Positions 8,237 through 15,997 of a stretch of 64,000 nucleotides of DNA are shown one piece after another. Under the pieces are notes generated by a model, which worked only from the letters and a program-made list of their open reading frames with translations, did no database searches and had not been told where the DNA came from. Source of the stretch: an uncultured Gammaproteobacteria bacterium (GTDB taxonomy: Bacteria; Patescibacteriota; Microgenomatia; Levybacterales; UBA12049); the NCBI GenBank assembly GCA_964564035.1, contig CAZLZN010000003.1:13995-77994 (forward strand), in the 5' to 3' direction. Made by a program: the position numbers and the translations under genes. Each line of letters begins with the position of its first letter. The first letter of the stretch is position 1.

Positions 8237-11215
8237 ATGAATAGTGTAAAAGATCTGAATGAAGAACAAAAAAGCGCCGTGTGTCACGGCAATGGCCCTC
8301 TCTTGATCATAGCAGGCGCAGGCACAGGCAAAACAACTGTGATTACCAAAAGAATCGAGCATTTAATAATCGATAAAAAAATTGCTCCAAACAATATTCT
8401 GGCGCTTACGTTTACCGAGAAAGCCGCGGCTGAGATGGAAAATAGAATTGATAAGATCTTGCCATATGGATACACGCAGATGTGGATCGAGACCTTTCAT
8501 GCTTTTTGCGATCGAATACTTCGCCAGGAAGCAGTCCACATCGGCCTGACTCCCAACTTCGACCTCCTCAAAGAAGCCGAAAGCCTGCTCTTTCTCCGAA
8601 AACACCTGTTTGAATTTGACCTCAACTACTTCAGGCCGCTTGGCAACCCCATGAAATTCCTCCAGGGAATGCTCCAGCATTTCGCGAGACTCAAAGACGA
8701 CGATATCAACCCGGGACAATATATGGAATATGCGAAACAGCTTGCTTCCAAAGCAAACGGGGACGACAAAGCCCTTCTTGAAGAATCCAAAAAAACAACA
8801 GAGCTTGCACTCGCTTTCCAAAAATATGAAGAGCTCAAAGCCAAAGAAGGCGTCATGGACTTCGCCGATCTGATAAGTAATTCTTTGAAGCTTTTCCGTC
8901 AAAGAAAAAATATACTTGAGCATTACCGGCGGACATTTCAATACATCTTAGTCGACGAATTCCAGGACACCAACTACGCCCAAAATGAAATGTCGACGCT
9001 TCTGGCAGGCGAAAATCAAAATATTACGGTTGTTGCCGACGATGACCAGAGTATTTACCGCTGGCGCGGAGCCGCAATCTCCAACGTCATGCAATTCCGT
9101 GCTCATTTTCCGAAAACAAAGATTGTTACGCTGACCAAAAACTACAGAAGTACACAGATCATACTCGACGGAGCCTACCAGCTGATCCAGGCCAATAACC
9201 CCGATAGACTTGAGATCAAGGAAAACATTAATAAAAAACTGGTCAGCATGCGCGAGTTAAAAGGAGAAGAAATAGAATTAATTTATACAAACCGCGGTGA
9301 AGATGAAGCCGAGGAGGTAACCAATGCCATAAAAGAAGAAATAAAAAAATCAGAAAAATCATCAACCGATTCTAAAAAACTCAACTATAATGATTTCGCT
9401 ATACTTGTTCGCGCCAACGATCATGCTGTTCCTTTCCAAAGAGCTCTTGAACGCGCCAAAATCCCTTACCAGTTTTTGGGCCCCGGCCACCTCTTTCAAC
9501 AGGAAGAGATCAAGGATCTGATCGCCTACCTGCATGCTCTTGCCAATTTCGAAGACACATCGTCACTATACCGCGTAATTACACTGCCGATCTTTGATAT
9601 AGCGCCCCGTGATGTTGCCTCCCTGCTTAACTACTCCAAAAAAAACAACAGGTCTTTATTTGAATCAATGGAAGCCGCGGGGGAGACATCTCTAACGGAT
9701 GAAGGCAAAGACAAAATAAAAAACATAACAGCTATGATGAAAAGGCATTTGGCAAAAGTGCCGCGTGAAACAGCCGGGCAGATTCTGTTTTATTTTTTTG
9801 AAGACAGCGGCTTGCTTGGCTACTACTTGGATCCGCGCTCTGCCAAAACAGAACGCGAAGCGCAAAACGTCGCCAAATTTTTCGACAAGCTTCAATCCTA
9901 CGCCTCGTCTCATTCTGACGCATCGGTGTTTGCTGTAGTCGACTGGATAGATCTTTCTATGGAGCTGGGGGAGAGTCCTCTTTCGGCCGAAATAGACTGG
10001 ACAAAAAATAATGCCGTAAATATCCTGACTGTTCACTCTAGCAAAGGCCTCGAGTTTCCTTGTGTTTTCGTGGTAAACCTCGTTAGCCAGCGCTTTCCGA
10101 GCCGCGACAGAAAAGAACAGATCCCTGTACCGACCGATATTATCCGTGAAATACTCCCGACCGGCGATGAAAACATGCAGGAAGAACGCCGCCTGTTTTA
10201 CGTCGCGATTACCCGCGCCAAAGAAAAACTATACCTGTCGGCTTCCAAATTCTACGGCGAAGCAAAGAGAGAACGCAAACTCTCGCCATTTATTGCAGAA
10301 ACATTAGGCGAAGAATATGTAGAATCCGTAACCCAAAAAAAAATTCAAGAGCCTGTATCCCAACAACTCAATCTGCTGGATATCTTCAATGCCAATATCA
10401 AACCGGCCGGCGAACACGAGCAAAACACCTCATCAGCCCCCATTCCAATAACCTATATCTCTTATTCCCAAATCCAGACATACCTCATGTGCCCCCTTCA
10501 TTACAAATTACGCTATATTCTAAATGTCCCGTCCGCCCCGTCTCCCGCGTTAAGCTATGGCGTGAGTGTACACAGCTCACTTCGGGATTTTTTCCAGCTA
10601 TACAAAACCGGCCAAAATTTGAGCCCGGATGATATTATCGCAATTCTAAAAACAAACTGGATAGGACTTGGTTTCGAAAACAAAACTCATGAACGTCAAA
10701 CATATATTCAGGCCGAAAAGATGCTTGTTGAATACGCAAAAAAAGCACTCAGTGACAAACCGCGTATTATCGCGATTGAACAACCCTTCAATTTTTGGCT
10801 GAACAGAACTACCGGTGAAAACCGTTCGAAATCTCTAAAAGTAGGCGGAAGGATTGACAGAATTGACGAAATCGGCCAGGGAATAATCGAAATAATCGAC
10901 TACAAAACCGGCCCGAATGTGCCGACGGACAAAAAAGTCAAAGAAGACCTCCAGCTCTCATTTTATGCACTTGCAGCAACCGAGGTCAGAGACAGGATCT
11001 TCAACAAAAAACCTGAAGAAGTAGTACTTACCCTGGAGTATCTGGAAGCAAACAAAAAAATCTCGACAACCCGCACGATCGAAGATCTGGAGGGCGCAAA
11101 ACAGGCGATCCTCAAATTGACGGATGAAATTGCTTCAAGCGATTTTCACTGCTCAGGCGGTATCTTCTGCAAAAACTGCGAATACAAAATGATCTGCCAA
11201 ACCCACGCCAAATAA
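8237..11215 (+). CDS. UvrD/PcrA-family helicase fused to a C-terminal PD-(D/E)XK (Cas4/AddB-type, 4-Cys) nuclease
   Basis: Helicase motifs I AGAGTGKT, II LVDEFQDTN, III and VI (VAITRAK). The C-terminal ~260 aa has one distal Cys (YLMCPLHY), a nuclease core (IDRID..IIEIIDYKTG) and terminal C-x6-C-x2-C-x5-C (HCSGGIFCKNCEYKMIC). Confidence 0.85.
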   Translation: MNSVKDLNEEQKSAVCHGNGPLLIIAGAGTGKTTVITKRIEHLIIDKKIAPNNILALTFTEKAAAEMENRIDKILPYGYTQMWIETFHAFCDRILRQEAVHIGLTPNFDLLKEAESLLFLRKHLFEFDLNYFRPLGNPMKFLQGMLQHFARLKDDDINPGQYMEYAKQLASKANGDDKALLEESKKTTELALAFQKYEELKAKEGVMDFADLISNSLKLFRQRKNILEHYRRTFQYILVDEFQDTNYAQNEMSTLLAGENQNITVVADDDQSIYRWRGAAISNVMQFRAHFPKTKIVTLTKNYRSTQIILDGAYQLIQANNPDRLEIKENINKKLVSMRELKGEEIELIYTNRGEDEAEEVTNAIKEEIKKSEKSSTDSKKLNYNDFAILVRANDHAVPFQRALERAKIPYQFLGPGHLFQQEEIKDLIAYLHALANFEDTSSLYRVITLPIFDIAPRDVASLLNYSKKNNRSLFESMEAAGETSLTDEGKDKIKNITAMMKRHLAKVPRETAGQILFYFFEDSGLLGYYLDPRSAKTEREAQNVAKFFDKLQSYASSHSDASVFAVVDWIDLSMELGESPLSAEIDWTKNNAVNILTVHSSKGLEFPCVFVVNLVSQRFPSRDRKEQIPVPTDIIREILPTGDENMQEERRLFYVAITRAKEKLYLSASKFYGEAKRERKLSPFIAETLGEEYVESVTQKKIQEPVSQQLNLLDIFNANIKPAGEHEQNTSSAPIPITYISYSQIQTYLMCPLHYKLRYILNVPSAPSPALSYGVSVHSSLRDFFQLYKTGQNLSPDDIIAILKTNWIGLGFENKTHERQTYIQAEKMLVEYAKKALSDKPRIIAIEQPFNFWLNRTTGENRSKSLKVGGRIDRIDEIGQGIIEIIDYKTGPNVPTDKKVKEDLQLSFYALAATEVRDRIFNKKPEEVVLTLEYLEANKKISTTRTIEDLEGAKQAILKLTDEIASSDFHCSGGIFCKNCEYKMICQTHAK

Positions 11216-11230
11216 AACACCCGTCTAAAT

Positions 11231-11259
11231 TTGCTTTAATCCCTCTTTTTAGCTAAAAT
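11231..11259 (+). promoter_or_regulatory. Candidate sigma70-type promoter for rnpB (TTGCTT-17-TAAAAT)
   Basis: -35 ttgctt at 11231-11236, a 17-nt spacer and -10 taaaat at 11254-11259, which is 12 nt upstream of the first P1 nucleotide. Confidence 0.4.
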
Positions 11260-11270
11260 CAGTGTGTTCT

Positions 11271-11865
11271 AGGGAAGTAGGACCGCTATCCGCCAGGAGT
11301 GCTCCATGAGGCGTGTACGAATAGTACGCAAAAGCCGAATGGGAAACGACGGCGGAAGGAAAGTCCGGACAGTATTCGTGTCAGGTTCGGAATGAAAGTT
11401 CCGACGTATACCTTTCTTAATTGAAGGGAAAGCGCTGGTGTCCCGGATCCGAAAGGAACCGGGGACTTTTTGGGAATTGACCCGAAGAGAGAGCCACAGA
11501 GACGAGCATAAACCTAACGTTGAAAAACTATGGTTGATGTGTGAAACGCCCCCCGTTAGTCTCGCTTAGTGGGACTACGGAGGGGTAAAGGCAATCCCGC
11601 CTGCTGCAACTTCCGAACTGTGCGAAACGCTCTTTCATAGCTATATGCGAAGAAGAGCCTACTCAACACGAGAGGAGCACCAAAGTAGAGGGCACCCCGA
11701 TCTAATCGGGGATGAATCGATTCCCATCAATCAGACGGGAAATAAATCGGTTCATAGATAAATTGCGGTATCCCCGCTCAGCGGGGAATTAAACCCGAAA
11801 TTCCCGAATTTATCGGGGTTCATTTCGGGTTAAAAAAACAGAATCCGGCTTACTCACTTCCCTTG
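11271..11865 (+). ncRNA. rnpB: RNase P RNA (bacterial type), unusually long at ~595 nt
   Basis: P4 5' strand GGAAGGAAAGTCCGGAC at 11354-11370. P4 3' strand ACAGAATCCGGCTTAC at about 11838-11853. A GCCACAGAGACGAGC J11/12-like element at ~11493. P1 pairs gggaagt (11272-11278) with acttccc (11856-11862). Confidence 0.8.
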
Positions 11866-11874
11866 AACAAACAT

Positions 11875-12147
11875 TTACCGGACTGCTTTTTTCAAAGTCT
11901 TACCGGGAGTAAATCCTGGCGCTTTCCTGGCGGCTAGAGTAATTTTCTCGCCTGTCTTAGGATTTCTGCCGACTCTCTGTTGTCTGCTTCTAATGCTGAA
12001 AGTCCCAAAACCTGTAAGAACAACCTTCTCGCCTCTCTTTAAAGAATCACGAACGGTATTCAATGTAGTCTGGACAGCGTCGCGAGCAGCTTTATTGGTC
12101 AGATTTGCCTTCTTGGCTACTATTTCAATTAGGTCTTTTTTTGTCAT
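11875..12147 (-). CDS. hup: Nucleoid protein HU (DNABII family)
   Basis: 90 aa reading MTKKDLIE..GFGTF..R..R.GRNPKTGE..I..A...FTPGK. GGAGGTG Shine-Dalgarno upstream. Confidence 0.9.
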   Translation of the reverse strand: MTKKDLIEIVAKKANLTNKAARDAVQTTLNTVRDSLKRGEKVVLTGFGTFSIRSRQQRVGRNPKTGEKITLAARKAPGFTPGKTLKKAVR

Positions 12148-12285
12148 GGAATCACCTCCCTTCGTTAATTGAACACGTGTTGTATGTCGGACTGAATAAA
12201 AGCTGGATTAATCTCTAATACGTTAACTTAGATTAACAATACAATGAAAACAATGTGATGTCAAGAGGGGAAAGAGATAAATAAA

Positions 12286-13212
12286 TTAAAAATTAGAAGA
12301 TCCTTTATATACCTTGGGTGAAAGCCAATCAACAGGCGCTTTTTTCTCATCCTGCTCTTCAGGCTCATCCTGCGGTTCGTTCGAAAAAGGTCTCTGCTTT
12401 GCTCTCTCAACCTGTCTATCCGGACCTTTTGGTTCATGGTAATTTCCCGAAATAGCCTTGATTGCCTCTGCCCTCTGCGCTCCGCTCCTCATCAAAAAAG
12501 AAGCGATCTCAAAAGCTAATGGACTGGTATAATCGGCCTGAAAATTTCTGGTCGAATAAGTAATTCCGTTTAATAAATTTTGAGCAATATCTTTATCTAT
12601 CCTGATTCCAAGCGTTAACACCATATCCGCAACCTGCTCGCTGACTGATGAAAAAGATGGTGAAACCGCGACTATATCGCCATAGCCCTGATTCTCCTGC
12701 TTATTATCCATATTTATGATTTTAACGTCTCTCATTTTATCCTTATCGATCAAACTGCCAAGTTCCGACAGAACAGGCATACCAACTGTAATTAGCAGAT
12801 TAAATGAAGCGCCTCCGCTTGACGCCTTGGTATATCTGACATCTTTTTCGTCAAAAGAAAGAGGCTGTCCGGCAGATTTTACAATAATATTCAGAAATCC
12901 GTTTTCGAGCGTATAAGACACCTTTTCTATCTCACCCTCTACATAAGGAAACGAAACCACAAAATCACCCTCCGGGCCTCCCCCTGAATTTACTGAGGTT
13001 GTTACCTTGTCTATTCCGACTAAGCTAGAATGCTCAACCAGAGGCTCTGTAGGACTGATAACCGCAACTTTCTTATTCGCTTCTTTGAGGATCAAATAAA
13101 GTGAAAGAGCCGCAGCCATGCTGTCGACCGAAGGATTTTGACCGACTGCTATAGCAATACTTTCGCTCTTAGACAACTCTTCCCTGATTTTTTGGACTAA
13201 ATTATTATCCAT
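12286..13212 (-). CDS. DHH/NrnA-family homologue with degenerate catalytic motifs
   Basis: Collinear with NrnA-type DHH proteins (IAIAVGQNPSVDSMAAALSLYL; IINMDNKQENQGYG; LLNGITYSTRNF). The DHH triad position reads MDN and the first Asp/His motifs are replaced. It has an acidic disordered C-terminal tail and sits downstream of nusA-infB, as in many bacteria. Confidence 0.5.
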   Translation of the reverse strand: MDNNLVQKIREELSKSESIAIAVGQNPSVDSMAAALSLYLILKEANKKVAVISPTEPLVEHSSLVGIDKVTTSVNSGGGPEGDFVVSFPYVEGEIEKVSYTLENGFLNIIVKSAGQPLSFDEKDVRYTKASSGGASFNLLITVGMPVLSELGSLIDKDKMRDVKIINMDNKQENQGYGDIVAVSPSFSSVSEQVADMVLTLGIRIDKDIAQNLLNGITYSTRNFQADYTSPLAFEIASFLMRSGAQRAEAIKAISGNYHEPKGPDRQVERAKQRPFSNEPQDEPEEQDEKKAPVDWLSPKVYKGSSNF

Positions 13213-13217
13213 AGCTA

Positions 13218-14708
13218 TTAACTATGGGATATTATAACATCTCCTACCTGTATGTCAATAGGTGTAGCTATGAGTATACCGGCCTCATGCCCTTTCTCAA
13301 CTTTAGACGTAGGATTTTTGCCCACACGCAGTGAAGCCAGTGTAGTTTCTCCGACTTCCTCATCATTACGGGTCACTCTGATATGATCACTTCTCGCGAT
13401 CCTGCCTTCAGTTACCTTTATTCCAAACGCCTCGGTTTTTTCAAATGGAAATTTCGCGAGAACCTTTGCCCTGCCGAAAATTTGCTCCATTTGGGACTGA
13501 AGCTTTCCCTCAAGCGCGTCTTTTATCTCATCAAGCATTTCGTAGATGATCGTATAATTCCTCAAAAGCACTTTTTCCAAAAGCGCGAATTTCGTGATCT
13601 CCGGCCTTATTTTTATATTAAAACTGAGCATAATACTGGATGTCGACTTGGCCAGAAGCACATCAGCCTCAGTTACGTCTCCTGTTTTCTGCATGACCAC
13701 CTTTACTTCTTCAGGCAGTGCGGTACTTATTGCCTCAAGCGAGCCTTGTGTATCTGCTGCCAAAATTACCGAAATACCAATCTCCTCCTGTTGCTGCTGA
13801 TAGACCAGCTCCCTTTTCAATGCAACTGCCGGCACCTGTGCCTCCGGAACTATTAAGTCGGAATTTTTATGCAGCAAAATACTGCCGACACTAGGCACCT
13901 TTTCGAGGCCAAGTACCTCAACAGCATCTCCGATAGTAGCATGTGTCAATTGTTTTTTGTTCTCATCAAGTATAGTTCTGACTTTTCCCTTGATCTCACC
14001 GGCCTGCACCTCATCGCGAGGCTTGATACTGCCGTTTTTAACAACAATAGTCGCTTTGGGCCCGGCTCTCGGATCAAGCCTGCTCTCAATAACAATAGCT
14101 TTAAGCGGCGCCTCCGGCTTCACGCTCTCATGCCTCAAACTAGCCTCATTCATATCATAAAGCAGTACAATTAAATCAAGAAGTTCTTTGATATTGGTGT
14201 TTGTTTTGGCGGATACTTCTATCGAGGGAACATCCCCTCCGAACTCTTCAAGAGTAACTTGCTCTTTTAGAAGTTCCTGTTTTACTTTTTGTGAATTCTT
14301 ATTTGGGAGATCAATTTTGGTCAAAACTACTATAAATTTTGTATTTGTCCCCTTCAGTATCTCTATGCTCTCTTTTGTCTGCGGCTTCAATCCTTCTGTG
14401 GACGCTACTACAAGCAAAGCCAGATCGGCCGCCTGAGCTCCCCTTCCCCTCATCTGAGAGAAAGCCTCATGTCCCGGCGTATCAATAAAAGTGATAGCCC
14501 GCTTTTGTCCTTCATGAATAATCTCAACTTTTGACGCTCCGATTTTTTGAGTGATTCCGCCCGATTCCCGTGCCGCGATTGAAGTATTGCGTATAGAATC
14601 TAACAGAGTGGTTTTACCATGATCAACGTGCCCGAGAACAGCTACAACGGGAGGATAATTATTTAATGGGTGATTTGACTTTGTTTGTACATTTGCATTT
14701 TTGGCCAT
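13218..14708 (-). CDS. infB: Translation initiation factor IF-2 (short form, 496 aa)
   Basis: G1 GHVDHGKTT, G3 DTPGHEAF and G4 TKID, followed by domains II, C1 and C2. The long N-terminal region of typical bacterial IF-2 is absent. Confidence 0.9.
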   Translation of the reverse strand: MAKNANVQTKSNHPLNNYPPVVAVLGHVDHGKTTLLDSIRNTSIAARESGGITQKIGASKVEIIHEGQKRAITFIDTPGHEAFSQMRGRGAQAADLALLVVASTEGLKPQTKESIEILKGTNTKFIVVLTKIDLPNKNSQKVKQELLKEQVTLEEFGGDVPSIEVSAKTNTNIKELLDLIVLLYDMNEASLRHESVKPEAPLKAIVIESRLDPRAGPKATIVVKNGSIKPRDEVQAGEIKGKVRTILDENKKQLTHATIGDAVEVLGLEKVPSVGSILLHKNSDLIVPEAQVPAVALKRELVYQQQQEEIGISVILAADTQGSLEAISTALPEEVKVVMQKTGDVTEADVLLAKSTSSIMLSFNIKIRPEITKFALLEKVLLRNYTIIYEMLDEIKDALEGKLQSQMEQIFGRAKVLAKFPFEKTEAFGIKVTEGRIARSDHIRVTRNDEEVGETTLASLRVGKNPTSKVEKGHEAGILIATPIDIQVGDVIISHS

Positions 14709-14718
14709 ACTTTTATAG

Positions 14719-14814
14719 TTAAAAACTCAAAGTTAAAAGTTAAAAGTTGTAGTGCAAAGTTTATAATTTTGAATTTTGAATTGTAATTTTGCATTTTGAA
14801 CTTTGATCTTTGAA
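14719..14814. repeat. AT-rich 7-nt-periodic bipartite element between infB and nusA
   Basis: The A-rich half reads ctcaaag ttaaaag ttaaaag. The T-rich half reads ttttgaa ttttgaa ttgtaat tttgcat tttgaac tttgatc tttgaat. Confidence 0.7.
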
Positions 14815-15849
14815 TTAATCCGGTTTCTTCTGCTTTTCTTTCTTAGTTGCTTTAATTTCAGTTTTCTCTTCAATTACTTCTTCTTCCATAACTTCCGGCG
14901 TTTCCTTGCTCTCAATCTCGATCCTGTACTTGGTAAGCTTGTATGCAAGCCTGACGTTTTGGCCGTCTTTACCGATTGCAAGCGATAACTCATCTTTGGA
15001 CACAGTTACCCGAGCCAGTTTTTCTTCCTCATTGATAGCCACAGTCAAATTCTTGGCAGGAGACAATGATTGAGCGATATATGTCTTAATATCGTCAGAC
15101 CACTGTACTATATCAATTTTTTCAAGACCTCCTAGCTCCTGAATTATTGCTTGTACTCTTACTCCTTTTTGCCCGACACATGAACCGACCGGATCAATTC
15201 CCGCCTGCGACGAAAATACAGCTACTTTGGACCTGTTTCCCGGCTCCCTCGCGATAGCCTTTATCTCAACGCTTCCCTGAGAAATCTCCGGAACTTCCCG
15301 CTTAAATAATCCTTCAATAAGCCCGTTATGACTTCTGGACACAACAATCTCCTCACCCTTTAGGCCCTGCTTAATATCTGACAAATAAAATATCAGCCTC
15401 TGATTAATATGGTATTTTTCACTGGAGATCTGTTCCTGAGGCGGCATAATAGCCTCAGCTTTGCCGATGTCGACTATAATATTCGGACCCGCAAATCTAA
15501 GCACCAGTCCGTTCACAATTGATCCGATTTTGACCTTATAATCCGAAAGAATTGCTTCTTTTTCCTTTTCTCTGATTTTTTGGAGAATCACTTGTTTTGC
15601 CGTTTGCGCTGCTATCCTTCCAAAACCTGGAGGCGTAACGTCTTTCTCTCCCTGAAATATTTTTGCCTCACCAGTTGAAGGATTAAGCTCTGCCCTGTAT
15701 TCCTCAAGCTCAACTCCGGGATGATCTTTTCTATACGCGGCGAGAATTGCGTTCTGTACCGTATCAAGCACAACGCCGATATCAACACCCCTCTCTGAGG
15801 CTACTTGATTTAAAGCTAAAGCAAATTCGCTCCTTTGTATCGCAGGCAT
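14815..15849 (-). CDS. nusA: Transcription termination/antitermination factor NusA
   Basis: NusA N-domain, S1 domain (GSIVNGLVLRF), two KH domains (GxxG: VGQKGVRVQ, IGKDGQNVRL) and an acidic C-terminal tail. Confidence 0.9.
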   Translation of the reverse strand: MPAIQRSEFALALNQVASERGVDIGVVLDTVQNAILAAYRKDHPGVELEEYRAELNPSTGEAKIFQGEKDVTPPGFGRIAAQTAKQVILQKIREKEKEAILSDYKVKIGSIVNGLVLRFAGPNIIVDIGKAEAIMPPQEQISSEKYHINQRLIFYLSDIKQGLKGEEIVVSRSHNGLIEGLFKREVPEISQGSVEIKAIAREPGNRSKVAVFSSQAGIDPVGSCVGQKGVRVQAIIQELGGLEKIDIVQWSDDIKTYIAQSLSPAKNLTVAINEEEKLARVTVSKDELSLAIGKDGQNVRLAYKLTKYRIEIESKETPEVMEEEVIEEKTEIKATKKEKQKKPD

Positions 15850-15855
15850 GCAGGT

Positions 15856-15884
15856 AGTATACCAAATACCCAGCGTATCATCAA
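15856..15884 (-). promoter_or_regulatory. Candidate promoter abutting the nusA start (TTGATG-17-TATACT, 6 nt to ATG)
   Basis: Read on the minus strand: ttgatg (15884-15879), a 17-nt spacer, tatact (15861-15856), then acctgc and the ATG. There is no Shine-Dalgarno. Confidence 0.35.
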
Positions 15885-15997
15885 CACCCGGGTTTTCAAG
15901 TTATTGCCCGCAAAGCTTATATGAATCCCCCGCAAGTTTATACTCGAAGTTTACAGCGATAGGGGGATAAAATTATCATTCGGGGCAGAGCAACCTT

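Noticed and set aside
8363-8941. 192-aa minus-strand ORF, plus smaller ones at 8284-8475, 8626-8856, 9692-10036 and 9732-9923
   Set aside because: All are nested antisense within the helicase-nuclease gene, which has unambiguous motifs in the plus frame.
11381-11400. T-loop-like ggttcggaatg that might indicate a tRNA
   Set aside because: It lies inside the RNase P RNA and has no acceptor or anticodon arm around it. I found no convincing tRNA anywhere in the intergenic gaps by eye, but tRNAscan should still be run.
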